Shown one piece after another: positions 30,805 through 40,543 of a stretch of 64,000 nt of DNA. The translations under genes and the position numbers were made by a program. Location: positions 1,184,001-1,248,000 of the forward strand of contig OZ241362.1 of assembly GCA_965200315.1 (NCBI GenBank), in the 5' to 3' direction. Origin of the DNA: Candidatus Latescibacterota bacterium (GTDB lineage: Bacteria > Latescibacterota > UBA2968 > UBA8231). Position 1 is the stretch's first letter. Each line of letters opens with the position of its first letter. A model generated the notes under the pieces. The model saw only the letters and a program-made list of their open reading frames with translations, had not been told where the DNA came from and did not search any database.

Positions 30805-32783
30805 GACGCCCCCTTTAGCGCCTCGCGGCCCGCTTCGAGCGTGGCGACAATCGCATCCACGTCATAGACGCAACCGCCCCAAGTGCCACCGCCGACGTTT
30901 TGCAGCGCCGCCCACAGCTTAGTGTCGTCGGGCAACTCCGCTTCGGGCGCAAGGTCTGGGCGCAAGGTGCGCTCGGCCAGCACCCGTTGGCCTTCCTCTG
31001 CGCCGAACTCCTCGCCGCCGCCGCCGACCAAATCGATGCGGCCGCGCAGGTTGTGGCAGTCGATTTCAATGGCGATCAAGTCGCCGTCTCGCAGCTTGCC
31101 GATGGGGCCGCCAGCCAAAGCCTCTGGGCCGATGTGCCCGATACAAGGACCAGAGGAAAACCCCGAAAACCGCGCGTCCGTAAGCAGGGCCACGCGCTTA
31201 CCAATATCCGTGTATTTGAGCGCGATCGTAACCTGCGCCACTTCTTCCATGCCCGTGCCCATCGGCCCGCAGCTAATCATCACCAGCACGTCGCCCGGCT
31301 CGATCTTGCCGTCCTTGATCGCGGCGATGGTGTCGCGTTCGGTGGTAAAAACCTTCGCCGGTCCCCTGTGCCGATAGACCCCTTGCGCGTCGAGCAACGA
31401 AGAGTCAATAGCCGTGCTTTTGACGACCGCGCCCTCGGGCGAGATGTTGCCGACCGGGAAGCAGATGGTGCTGGTCAGGCCCTTGGCGTGGGCGCGCTCG
31501 GCGTCCATTATCACGTCGTCCGGCTCCACCCCGTCTAGCTTTTTCAGCTCCTCGCGGAAACGGTGCCGACGCGGTGCATTCTCCCACCAGTCGAGATTTT
31601 CGCCCAGTGTGCGGCCCGTAACCGTCATCACCCCCTCCTCCAACAGCCCCAAGCGGCGCAAGTGCAACATGACCTCTGGCACCCCACCGGCCAAAAAGGC
31701 GCGCACAGTAACGTGGAACTCTGGACCGTTGGGCAGCACATCCACCAAGCGCGGCACCTCGCGGTTGATCCGGTCCCAATCCCCCACCTCGGGCCGCTTT
31801 CGCCCAGCCGCATGGGCAATAGCCGGCACGTGCAATATCAAATTGGTCGAACCGCCAAAGGCCGCGTGGACGACCATGGCGTTGTGCAGGGCCGCGTCGG
31901 TGACCAACTCCTGCGAACGAATCCCCGCGGCCTCCAGCACCATTAGCGCCCGCGCCGAGCGCACGGCCATATCGCGCCAGACAGCCTCGCCCGAAGGAGC
32001 CAGCGCCGAATGCGGCAGCGACAGCCCCAGCGCCTCGCCCACAACTTGGGTCGTGGCCGCAGTCCCCAAAAACTGACAGCCGCCCCCCGGCGTGGCGCAA
32101 GCGCGGCAGCCCAATACCTGAAAGTCGTCAATGTCCATCTCGCCGCGCGCCAGCCGCGACCCGGCGGATTGGATTTTGCCCGCGTCCTCGCCTTCTTCCG
32201 GCGGCAGGGTCACCCCGCCGGGCACGACAATGACCGGCAGGTCTGGCGTACCCGCTAGGGCGATGAGGACCGCCGGCAATCCCTTGTCGCAGGTGCCCAC
32301 GCCCATCACGCCGCGCCGCGTTGGCAACGAGCGGATCAAGCGGCGCAGGATCATGGCTGCGTCGTTGCGGTACGGCAGGCTATCGAACATGCCCGTCGTA
32401 CCCTGCGAGCGGCCATCGCATGGGTCCGAGCAATAAGCGGCAAAGGGGATGCCGCCTCGGCGGTGGATTTCCTCGGCCGCCGCTTCCATCAGCAGGCCGA
32501 TTTCCCAGTGGCCAGTGTGGTAGCCCAGCGCAATAGGCCGGCCATCCGGGGCGCGGATGCCGCCCTGCGTACTGACGATGAGAAACTCGCCCCGGCCCAG
32601 CTCGTCGGGATTCCAGCCCATCCCCGCATTCTGGCTGTAGCCAAAGATGTGGCCGCTCGGCGCTTCTACTACCTGCTCTATGGTCAGCGGCAGCTTGCCG
32701 CTGGGGCCGGGAGCACGGGTGCGGATTTGGTAGATTTCACTATCGGTCTCGCCGACGATGTCTGCAAAGGAATCAGTACTCAT
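30801..32783 (-). CDS. YjhG/YagF family D-xylonate dehydratase (IlvD/Edd family)
   Basis: [45 protein letters not shown]. Confidence 0.88.
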   Translation of the reverse strand: MSTDSFADIVGETDSEIYQIRTRAPGPSGKLPLTIEQVVEAPSGHIFGYSQNAGMGWNPDELGRGEFLIVSTQGGIRAPDGRPIALGYHTGHWEIGLLMEAAAEEIHRRGGIPFAAYCSDPCDGRSQGTTGMFDSLPYRNDAAMILRRLIRSLPTRRGVMGVGTCDKGLPAVLIALAGTPDLPVIVVPGGVTLPPEEGEDAGKIQSAGSRLARGEMDIDDFQVLGCRACATPGGGCQFLGTAATTQVVGEALGLSLPHSALAPSGEAVWRDMAVRSARALMVLEAAGIRSQELVTDAALHNAMVVHAAFGGSTNLILHVPAIAHAAGRKRPEVGDWDRINREVPRLVDVLPNGPEFHVTVRAFLAGGVPEVMLHLRRLGLLEEGVMTVTGRTLGENLDWWENAPRRHRFREELKKLDGVEPDDVIMDAERAHAKGLTSTICFPVGNISPEGAVVKSTAIDSSLLDAQGVYRHRGPAKVFTTERDTIAAIKDGKIEPGDVLVMISCGPMGTGMEEVAQVTIALKYTDIGKRVALLTDARFSGFSSGPCIGHIGPEALAGGPIGKLRDGDLIAIEIDCHNLRGRIDLVGGGGEEFGAEEGQRVLAERTLRPDLAPEAELPDDTKLWAALQNVGGGTWGGCVYDVDAIVATLEAGREALKGAS

Positions 32784-32798
32784 GTTGCCTCGTTGTCT

Positions 32799-33809
32799 TC
32801 ACCAGCCCTCTTCGCGGACTTGGATTTTCTCTATCAGGGGACGCCACCAAGCTTCGTTGTCGCGGTACCAGTGGACCGTAGCGCGGAAGCTCTGGGCAAA
32901 ATCGACTTGCGGTTTCCAACCTAATTGGGTGCGGATTTTGCTCGAATCAAGTAGATAGCGCCGGTCGTGGCCGGGCCGGTCATCGACATAGGTTTTGTGC
33001 GCGGCATCCATTCCCAAGGCGTCGAGGATCAGATCGGCAATGGTTTCGACGTCTTTTTCAATGCCGCTGCCAACGTTGTACGTCTCTCCGATCCCGCCCT
33101 TTTTCAGCACTAGGTCGATGGCCCGGCAGTGGTCGTCGACGTGGAGCCACTCGCGGCGGTTCTGGCTCGATTTGTACAGCGGCATCTTCTGGCCGGTGAG
33201 CAGGCGGACGACGAAGAAGGGAATGACTTTTTCGGGGAATTGGTACGGGCCAAAGTTGTTGGCGCAGTTCGACAGCGTCACGGGCAAGCCAAAGGTATGG
33301 CCATAAGCGCGGACGGCTAGGTCGGCGGCCGCCTTGGCCGCGTTGTACGGGGTGCGCGGTCGATAGGGCGATTCTTCGCTGAAAGACTCGTCCGCGTCGA
33401 GGGCCAAGTCGCCGTACACTTCACAAGTGGAAACGTGGTGGAAGCGCGGCACTTGGGCATCAGCCGCGGCCTGCAACAGCTTTTGCGTACCCACGACATT
33501 GGTCTGGAAAAAGGCCGAGGGGTTGACAATGGCCAAGCTGTTGTGCGATTCCGCGGCAAAGTTGACCACGTAGTCCGGTCGGTGGACCGCGAAGAGATGA
33601 CGGGTCAGATCAGCGTTCTGAATATCGCCGCGCACAAAGGTGTAGCGGTCGCCGTATTTTTCTTTCACGTCCTGTAGGCTGGCCAAGTTGCCGGCGTAGG
33701 TGAGCAGGTCGTAGTTGACAATGCGGTCGTCGGGGTAGGTCGATAGCCAGTAGCGAATGAAATTGGAGCCGATGAAACCGGCCCCGCCGGTGACGAACAG
33801 GGTAGTCAT
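32799..33809 (-). CDS. rfbB: dTDP-glucose 4,6-dehydratase
   Basis: TGGAGFIGSNF, LTYAGNL, FAAESH, STCEVYG, YNAAK, DRPGHDRRY. Confidence 0.93.
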   Translation of the reverse strand: MTTLFVTGGAGFIGSNFIRYWLSTYPDDRIVNYDLLTYAGNLASLQDVKEKYGDRYTFVRGDIQNADLTRHLFAVHRPDYVVNFAAESHNSLAIVNPSAFFQTNVVGTQKLLQAAADAQVPRFHHVSTCEVYGDLALDADESFSEESPYRPRTPYNAAKAAADLAVRAYGHTFGLPVTLSNCANNFGPYQFPEKVIPFFVVRLLTGQKMPLYKSSQNRREWLHVDDHCRAIDLVLKKGGIGETYNVGSGIEKDVETIADLILDALGMDAAHKTYVDDRPGHDRRYLLDSSKIRTQLGWKPQVDFAQSFRATVHWYRDNEAWWRPLIEKIQVREEGW

Positions 33810-33864
33810 GGATTCTTTTGGTTAGGCATTAGATGCGCGGTCTGTCATTTAATTAATATAACAT

Positions 33865-33883
33865 CTAGGCAACTCGCAGCCGG
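33865..33883 (+). repeat. Left imperfect direct repeat of island
   Basis: ctaggcaactcgcagccgg vs ctaggcaacccgcaaccag at 43583-43601 (16/19 identical). Confidence 0.5.
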
Positions 33884-33916
33884 GATTTTAGTTAATACCC
33901 TTATTACTACCCTCAC

Positions 33917-34978
33917 TCAAGCGTTACTACCCTTATTCCCGAGAAAACGCCAGCGCGCACCCGGGCCTCGGCCGCTGCAAGCTACATCGCCGGATTTCTT
34001 TAGCTCCGCTAAAAGAGTGCGAATCCATTCGCGGCCGACGCCGGGACAGGCATACTCTATGTCACTCAGGCGGAATTCGCCCGGTTGGGCGCGGATGGCG
34101 GCGAGCACCAGCTCGGACTTGGCACCCCGTGGAGCCTTGATCTGACCGGCGCGTTCCTCCAACCCGACGTAAGCGCGGCGGATGATCGCAAAGAAGAAAT
34201 TGAACCAAGGCGTCAGTTCGTGTTTGCCGTCGTGCCAGCGCTGTGAACTGAGCCGGAGGCATTCGTAGTAGGACTCCCGGGATTCCTCAATAAGGCGTTC
34301 CAAGCTGATGTAGCGACCAACCTCGTAGCCGTGCTGGTAGAGCGCCAACAGGGTGAGCAGCCGGGACACGCGACCGTTGCCGTCCCGGAAAGGATGAATG
34401 CAAAGGAAATCCAAGACGAGAGCGGCGATGGCGATGAGTGGTGGGATATTCTCCTGGTCAATAGCGTGCTGGTAATGCTGACAGAGTTGTTCTACAGCCG
34501 CCGAGGTCTCCGCAGCCTTCACGCAGCGGAACCGGACCACCGGGGCCTGTCCGGGCAGGAACTCCACGATGTCGTTATCGACTCGTTTGAATTGGCCCGC
34601 GTCGCCGCTGGCGGATTGGCAAAGAGCATGTAGGCGTTGCAGGGTATCCGGCGTGATAGAAAGAGCGGCGTAGTCGGAGTGAATTTCGTTCAAGGCGCGG
34701 CGATAGTCCTGAATCTCCTGCTCGGAGCGGTCGCGGGGTTTGGCTTGGCCGAGCACCAGCGGGTAAAGACGGGCTTGAGCGACCGTCACTCCCTCGATGC
34801 GATTAGAGGATTCAGCACTCTGAATGACAGCTATGTCGCGGAGCGCTTTGAGCGCTTGTGGCGACTGGCGCGTGAATAGCTCCTGTTTGCCCCTCGACTC
34901 GGCGATGTCGTTGAGCAACCACACCGTGCTCAGGGGTGTTTCGTGGTCGCGTAGGCGGTTGTTGCGGAAAGAATTCAT
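33917..34978 (-). CDS. Fic family protein with N-terminal inhibitory motif and C-terminal HTH-like region
   Basis: HPFRDGNGRVSR Fic motif; SNRIEG matches (S/T)xxxE(G/N). Confidence 0.92.
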   Translation of the reverse strand: MNSFRNNRLRDHETPLSTVWLLNDIAESRGKQELFTRQSPQALKALRDIAVIQSAESSNRIEGVTVAQARLYPLVLGQAKPRDRSEQEIQDYRRALNEIHSDYAALSITPDTLQRLHALCQSASGDAGQFKRVDNDIVEFLPGQAPVVRFRCVKAAETSAAVEQLCQHYQHAIDQENIPPLIAIAALVLDFLCIHPFRDGNGRVSRLLTLLALYQHGYEVGRYISLERLIEESRESYYECLRLSSQRWHDGKHELTPWFNFFFAIIRRAYVGLEERAGQIKAPRGAKSELVLAAIRAQPGEFRLSDIEYACPGVGREWIRTLLAELKKSGDVACSGRGPGARWRFLGNKGSNA

Positions 34979-35084
34979 GGTTTGAGAGGAGATTCAAAGC
35001 GCAAGCAAGTTCTGGCTGAGCCGGGGATATGGACGATGCCGTTGAACTGGTACCCTGAAGATAGCACGGATACCCGAAACACGT

Positions 35085-36050
35085 CTATAAAAAATGTTTA
35101 CCAGCATGATCTGTAAACGAATCAGCGTCGCGGATGTATTGCATGACCGTGGCCGGGTTAGTGTGGCGGGTGACGGCCATGATTTTGTCTAGTCGGGCAT
35201 GATGCACTGCCGCGCTGGTGACAAAACCTGCCCGCAGGGAATGCCCTGCTACTTCTTTGGGGTCCAGTCCGATCCGTGCAGCATAGTGCTTGACAAGGCG
35301 TGGGATATCAGAATGGTGCAGCGGCTTGCCTTGCACATGGCCACCACGCTTCATCGTCTGAAATAGTGGGCCGCACATGATCCCCGACGCATTAAGCCAC
35401 ATCTGAAGACGATGGACAGGACGGATAACACGGCCGTCCAAGATGGCGATTTTTTGCCCCCTCCCCTGTTGATCCGTCTTGGAGTGCCGGATGGTAAGAA
35501 ACATGCGCTGACTCGCTTCCTCTGTAGGTTCAAAGAACTCAACATCCTCTACGGTCAGACCGCATATCTCCGAGCGCCGCAGGGCACCCGCAAAGCCGAG
35601 GGCCAAAATAGCCGCGTCGCGCCGCCCGATGGTCGTATCAGCACATTGAGAAAGCATGGCTTGAATATGGTATTCCCTGAGTGCTTCTACTCGACGACAC
35701 GCGGTACCTTTGAGCCGGGCCAACCCTTTGAGGGTGGCACGGACCACGGGATGATTGGTCGGAGACGACTTTCCGGCGTCGGTATATTTCTTGTTGATGG
35801 CACTCTTATAGAGCGTCACAGTGCCCATAGATAGCACGGTACCGTGCTGGCTCGGCTTTGTCGCTAGATGCACGAGAAAACGCGCTACCATATCCGGGGA
35901 GGCAGATAACGGGTCGTCAAGATGCTCTTTTGTGCAGTAGTTGGTGAACCTAGACCATCCTTTTTCATAGGCAACGCGGGTATTTGTCGCCAATGCGGAG
36001 GAAAGGACATTGGTATGGAAACCTTGCTCAATCATGGCTGAGGATCTCAA
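35085..36050 (-). CDS. Cre-like tyrosine site-specific recombinase
   Basis: RDAAILALGFAGALRRSE, SKTDQ, GHSLRAG, TRH, QYIR catalytic set; TTG start at 36050 behind AAGGAG. Confidence 0.92.
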   Translation of the reverse strand: MRSSAMIEQGFHTNVLSSALATNTRVAYEKGWSRFTNYCTKEHLDDPLSASPDMVARFLVHLATKPSQHGTVLSMGTVTLYKSAINKKYTDAGKSSPTNHPVVRATLKGLARLKGTACRRVEALREYHIQAMLSQCADTTIGRRDAAILALGFAGALRRSEICGLTVEDVEFFEPTEEASQRMFLTIRHSKTDQQGRGQKIAILDGRVIRPVHRLQMWLNASGIMCGPLFQTMKRGGHVQGKPLHHSDIPRLVKHYAARIGLDPKEVAGHSLRAGFVTSAAVHHARLDKIMAVTRHTNPATVMQYIRDADSFTDHAGKHFL

Positions 36051-36096
36051 TGGTAACTCCTTTGTTAGGGTTTTAGTGTCTTGAAACTTGCAAGAT

Positions 36097-36864
36097 ATGA
36101 CCGAACAACATGATATTGCCATTTATCGAGGAGTTCTTACTGGTTACAATGACGCCTTTATCATTGATAACAACACTAAAGAAGCATTGATCGCCGAAGA
36201 TCCACGCTCTGCCGACATCCTCAAGCCTGTGCTGCGCGGACGGGATATAAAACGCTATCGGGCAGAGTGGGCAGGCCTGTGGCTAATTGACACACACAAC
36301 GGGTACGGCAGTGTTACGGCTGTCGATGTAGATGAATACCCAGCCATCAAAAATCATTTGGACCAGTTCTATTTCCAACTGAAAAAGCGGCAAGATAAAG
36401 GTAGGACACCGTATAATCTTCGTAATTGCGCTTACCACGAAGTATTTGAAAAGGAAAAGCTGGTGTGGATGGATCTGACGGAACAAGGACGGTTTGCGTA
36501 TGACGTGGATGGCCTGTTCTGCTTAAACACGGCATTTATTATGTCAGGTCCATCAATCAAATATTTATGCGCCCTGCTTAATTCTAATCTGATAACTTGG
36601 TTTATGAGAAACACTGCTCTGAGTTCTGGAATGGGTGTTACGAGATGGATTAATGCTTCCGTAGAATCAATCCCCATTCCGAAAATCACTATAGAAGAGC
36701 AACTTTCATTCATCCGGTTGGTTGACCGTATCTTGAAGGTCAAAATATCTAACCCAACAGCCGATGTCAGCGATCAGGAGACAGAGATAGACCGCCTCAT
36801 CTATGCCCTCTATGGTCTGAAAAAAAAAGAAATCGCAGCGGTATCAGTAAAGGACAAATCATAG
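36097..36864 (+). CDS. Alternative (inverted) target-recognition-domain cassette for the adjacent MTase-TRD gene, TaqI_C-like
   Basis: Homologous to C-terminal ~260 aa of 36923..40543 (DIAI, GYNDAFIIDNNTKEALIAEDPRSADILKPVLRGRDI, CAYHEVFEKEKL, KYLCA.LNS.LITW); no MTase motifs. Confidence 0.88.
   Translation: MTEQHDIAIYRGVLTGYNDAFIIDNNTKEALIAEDPRSADILKPVLRGRDIKRYRAEWAGLWLIDTHNGYGSVTAVDVDEYPAIKNHLDQFYFQLKKRQDKGRTPYNLRNCAYHEVFEKEKLVWMDLTEQGRFAYDVDGLFCLNTAFIMSGPSIKYLCALLNSNLITWFMRNTALSSGMGVTRWINASVESIPIPKITIEEQLSFIRLVDRILKVKISNPTADVSDQETEIDRLIYALYGLKKKEIAAVSVKDKS
36112..36123 (+). repeat. IR1 left arm (12 bp)
   Basis: gatattgccatt, exact reverse complement of 37694-37705; same reading frame (DIAI) in both copies. 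Confidence 0.75.
36157..36283 (+). repeat. IR2 left arm (127 bp)
   Basis: Reverse complement of 37534-37660 with 9 mismatches by hand count; includes 29-bp and 33-bp perfect blocks. Confidence 0.92.
36426..36462 (+). repeat. IR3 left arm (37 bp)
   Basis: ttgcgcttaccacgaagtatttgaaaaggaaaagctg, exact reverse complement of 37328-37364. Confidence 0.92.
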
Positions 36865-36922
36865 GTAAATCAAATTCTAAACGGCACCAAAACATAGTTT
36901 TATGAGCCGTCACGTTGATCGT

Positions 36923-39900
36923 CTAGGGTAGAAGATGCTCCTCTACTGCGAATATCTCCGTCTCCGTCAGTCCGTACAATTCGTAAACCTGCATATTAAT
37001 TTTGGCTTCAGTGGCAGATACATCGGCTTCCGGGTTAGTCGCTTTAGCCTTCAGGATACGGTCAACTAACCGGGCAAAAGGATGCTGCTTTACGGTAGGG
37101 ACTTGGGGAATAGGCAGGCGTTCTACCACAAATTTATCCCATTGGGTGAGTCCCATACCAGTCGTTACTGCGGTGTTCCGGACCTGCCAAGTTATGAGGC
37201 GACTATTCAAAATCGCACAGAGGTATTTGAGAGAATTTCCAGTGACAACAAATGCCTTTTGGTTGCAGAAAATAGTCTCCGAGTCGGAATATGCGAATCT
37301 GCCATTTGGTGCCATGTGCATCCAAAACAGCTTTTCCTTTTCAAATACTTCGTGGTAAGCGCAAGTATCCTGTAATTCGTACCAAGTATGCACAGTCTTT
37401 TTTCTTGATTTAGTGCCATTCGGAAGGGTTCTGCCCGATTGTTCTAATCTCGCTTCGCCAAAAGATAGCAGGTGTCTTTTCACGGCTGGATAGTCATCAA
37501 TGTTGAGTGCGAGAGCAGGAAATGTTGCTATCGGCCACAGGCCTGCCCACTCTGCCCGATAGCGTTGAATATCTCGGCCTCTCAGCACAGGCTTGAGGAT
37601 ATCGGCAGAGCGTGGATCTTCGGCTATCAACGCTTCTTTAGTGTTGTTATCAATGATAAAAGCATCGTTGTAGCCCGTCTTAATTCCGTAGTTAATGGCA
37701 ATATCCCACTCTTTCAGCGGCGTTCCCGCAGATTCCATCTTATCCATAATGCTCTGTTCAATGACCGATAGCGCACTCCACGGCTTTTCACCTTGCGGAC
37801 GCAACGTTCCCCACAGGGATTCGTCGGGTGGAAAGGTTTTATCGGACAAACGATCCATGTCCACGGCCTTGCCGATTTCATTACTCTTGCCATTGCGTAC
37901 TATCAGGACATTGGTATCCACAATGGCTTTTTCAAAAACATCTTTGCCCATTTCCAGCAGGCGCATCGGCGTGTGATGCTCAAAGAAGTAGCGGCGCAAG
38001 GCTTTGCCGTACTCTGCCTTGAGCCAGCTATTAGATGTGATATAGGCCAGCAAGCCTTGGGCTGGTTTGAGCAGCCGGCAGCCGCGCTCGTAGAAAAGCT
38101 GGTAAATGTCGCCAGTGCGGGCGAACGTTGCGTAGCCAGCATCCTTGTAGAGCTTGCCCAGTTCGCCGCTGTTTTTCTGCAATTGAATGTACGGCGGATT
38201 CCCGATCACCACATCAAACCCATCCTCCACTCCAAACATATACTCAGCGTCGAACCAACCCGCTTTCTCATTCTGGTCGTAGGGATCCCACCGCGCAATT
38301 TTACTAGCGTCATCTTCGGGAAGGCCGGCGGAAATCAGTTCCTTTGCCAATGCCTTACGCAACCGTTTGTCCTCATCTCTACAGGCCAGTTTTTTCCGGC
38401 GCGTGGTCGCGTGAAAATGCCGCTCGCGATTTTTCACCAAGTTTGTTTTCAGGGCCTCTATTTGCTGACGGAACAAGTCTAATTGATCCGCTTCCTCGAT
38501 TCCCAACAGCGTGTTCGCCGCCACAAAGCGCGTCTCCAGATTCGGCAGCGGCTTGATGCCAAAGTTCTCGACAGCCGCGTCGGCTTCCTGCTCAATCGCC
38601 AGCGAAATGAAAAAGCGCAGTTTGGCGATCTGGCAAGCGACCGGCTGAATATCCACGCCAAATATGCTGTTCTGAATCAAGTATAGCTTGCGCCCAAAAT
38701 CGCCCGAATACCGCTCGAAAATTTCGCTGATTCCGGTTAGTTCGTCATTGCGTTCCTGTTGATTCCGGGTATCGAAAGCCGCCGCGGCTCGTTGAGTAGC
38801 GCGCTCCTTTTGCAATGCCTGCCAGCGTTTATTCTCAGGGTCAATCCGCTGCAACGCCAAGGTCAGCTTGTGCAGTATGCCTATCGGAAACGCACCGGAA
38901 CCGACCGCCGGATCAAGCACCTTGATCTCCGCAATCGCCCGCACAATGCTCTCGGCTTCGGCTTCTTTAAAAAGTTCATTGGCATCATCAAATGCGTCTT
39001 CATAATCCAACAAATAGCGCAAACGATCTCGCCAGCACACCGCGCCGCCATCGTCGGGCTGCGCTCTTTCCGCCAGCGCTGCCACCAACGCCTCCTCCAC
39101 CATGTAATCCACCACAACGCGGGGTGTATAGTACGATCCAGTCTGCTTGCGCGCTGTCTCGCGGGTCTCTGGATTGTAGGCCGCCAGCAAGTTCTCAAAG
39201 ACCTTGCCGAGCAGTTCCGGGTCCAGAGCAACCTCCTGCTCCGCGGGCGTGTTTTCCTCCACCGTGAATTTGTAGTGGTTGAGCAGGGGAAATAGGCCGG
39301 CGGCGTCAAAAAATAGCCGGTTGGGAATGGACAAAAGCCCGTATTCCTTAGTGCCGGGTTTGATTGCGTTGTCGGAAAAGCAGTCAACGCGCCAGCCGCC
39401 ATAGCGCGTCGCTTCCTCGCTGTCCAAACAATCGAACAAGCCGCCGTTGATGAATGGGGTCTGGGCGAACAGGCCCAGCAGCGCATCAGGATCGCTAATC
39501 TCCCGTTTGTAGCGATACAAAGAAAAATTGCGGTGCGTGGCGTTTTGCGCTTGACTGAACCCACGTTTGTCGAGCTCGGTGTTCAGGGTGGCGAAAAACA
39601 GGTTTTGCAGCACCGCACGATAGTAGGAATCGCCGGTGTCGCGGTTGTAGTTTTTTAGCAGCAGGCGGATTCGTGCCTCGACGAACAGGTCGCCGGCAGT
39701 CAGCCCCTTCTCCTTCATAAACCAGACGAACAGCAGGCGCGTGATGAGGCGAATGACGTGCTCTTCGGCGGGCAGGGTGCGGGCCTGAGCGGTGGGAAAC
39801 CGGGCCTCGCCGACGGCGCGATCAAACCAAGTGAACAGCTCCCGGTAAAACCGTCGGTTGAGCTCTTCGGTGTCCAGTTTGTCTAACCACGCAGCCAGCA

Positions 39901-40543
39901 GGCCATCAAAATTGTGCGGCTTGTCGTGAGCATCCATCCACTCGGCACATTCGGCTAGCGACAGTTCGGCCAAAACATCCAAGTGGGCGCGATGGGGGCT
40001 GCCCGGGTCAATTTCCCGTATCAGCGACACATGGCCTAGCACATCGCGCCTTGGGTCGCGCTGGTGCTCGCGACGATGTACAAAGGCCAAGGTGAGCTTC
40101 TTATCGGCGGTTCTGAACAAAACGACCGAGGGTTGGACCAAGCGCTTGTTGAGCTCGCGGGTGAACTGCGCGTACTGGCCACGTGCGTAGGTTGCTTCCT
40201 TCAGTTCCACGGCGAAGAAGATAAAGCTCTGCTGCCGTCCCTTGTCGAAAAAAGCGGCCGTAAACCCAAACGCCGGCTGATTAGTTGAGGCGATTTCGTC
40301 GCTAGTAAACTGAAAGACAAGCCGCACGGATTGGACGTTTTCGCAGAAGGCCTGCTCCGTTTTGGTGTTTCCTTTCTCGGCGGGGAACTGCGCGATGAAG
40401 TCGGCAACATCGCCTGTCTGCTCAGGCAAGGTGCGCTCGCTGCGGTAGCCAAGAACAGCCAGTACGTCTTGCGTTGCCGCGGCAAAATCGCCCTGCGGCA
40501 TGGCCGCAAGAACGGCGCGTACATCCTCTTTTATGCTGCTCAT
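36923..40543 (-). CDS. Type IIG/Eco57I-like N6-adenine methyltransferase with C-terminal TRD
   Basis: LLGKVFENLL, TGSYYTP, LDPAVGSGAFP, PLPNLE, GFDVVIGNPPY, TaqI_C-like C-terminus; ATG overlaps helicase stop (ATGA) with upstream GAGG. Confidence 0.92.
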   Translation of the reverse strand: MSSIKEDVRAVLAAMPQGDFAAATQDVLAVLGYRSERTLPEQTGDVADFIAQFPAEKGNTKTEQAFCENVQSVRLVFQFTSDEIASTNQPAFGFTAAFFDKGRQQSFIFFAVELKEATYARGQYAQFTRELNKRLVQPSVVLFRTADKKLTLAFVHRREHQRDPRRDVLGHVSLIREIDPGSPHRAHLDVLAELSLAECAEWMDAHDKPHNFDGLLAAWLDKLDTEELNRRFYRELFTWFDRAVGEARFPTAQARTLPAEEHVIRLITRLLFVWFMKEKGLTAGDLFVEARIRLLLKNYNRDTGDSYYRAVLQNLFFATLNTELDKRGFSQAQNATHRNFSLYRYKREISDPDALLGLFAQTPFINGGLFDCLDSEEATRYGGWRVDCFSDNAIKPGTKEYGLLSIPNRLFFDAAGLFPLLNHYKFTVEENTPAEQEVALDPELLGKVFENLLAAYNPETRETARKQTGSYYTPRVVVDYMVEEALVAALAERAQPDDGGAVCWRDRLRYLLDYEDAFDDANELFKEAEAESIVRAIAEIKVLDPAVGSGAFPIGILHKLTLALQRIDPENKRWQALQKERATQRAAAAFDTRNQQERNDELTGISEIFERYSGDFGRKLYLIQNSIFGVDIQPVACQIAKLRFFISLAIEQEADAAVENFGIKPLPNLETRFVAANTLLGIEEADQLDLFRQQIEALKTNLVKNRERHFHATTRRKKLACRDEDKRLRKALAKELISAGLPEDDASKIARWDPYDQNEKAGWFDAEYMFGVEDGFDVVIGNPPYIQLQKNSGELGKLYKDAGYATFARTGDIYQLFYERGCRLLKPAQGLLAYITSNSWLKAEYGKALRRYFFEHHTPMRLLEMGKDVFEKAIVDTNVLIVRNGKSNEIGKAVDMDRLSDKTFPPDESLWGTLRPQGEKPWSALSVIEQSIMDKMESAGTPLKEWDIAINYGIKTGYNDAFIIDNNTKEALIAEDPRSADILKPVLRGRDIQRYRAEWAGLWPIATFPALALNIDDYPAVKRHLLSFGEARLEQSGRTLPNGTKSRKKTVHTWYELQDTCAYHEVFEKEKLFWMHMAPNGRFAYSDSETIFCNQKAFVVTGNSLKYLCAILNSRLITWQVRNTAVTTGMGLTQWDKFVVERLPIPQVPTVKQHPFARLVDRILKAKATNPEADVSATEAKINMQVYELYGLTETEIFAVEEHLLP
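37328..37364 (-). repeat. IR3 right arm
   Basis: Inverted copy of 36426-36462. Confidence 0.92.
37534..37660 (-). repeat. IR2 right arm
   Basis: Inverted copy of 36157-36283. Confidence 0.92.
37694..37705 (-). repeat. IR1 right arm
   Basis: aatggcaatatc, inverted copy of 36112-36123. Confidence 0.75.

Noticed and set aside
35085-36050. Recombinase as integron integrase or XerC/D
   Set aside because: Motifs (LRRSE, SKTDQ, GHSLRAG) are Cre-like; no attC array seen. A role in island integration rather than inversion is not excluded
36112-37705. TRD duplication as a diversity-generating retroelement (TR/VR pair)
   Set aside because: No reverse transcriptase in the window; the copies are inverted and mismatches are not confined to adenines of one copy
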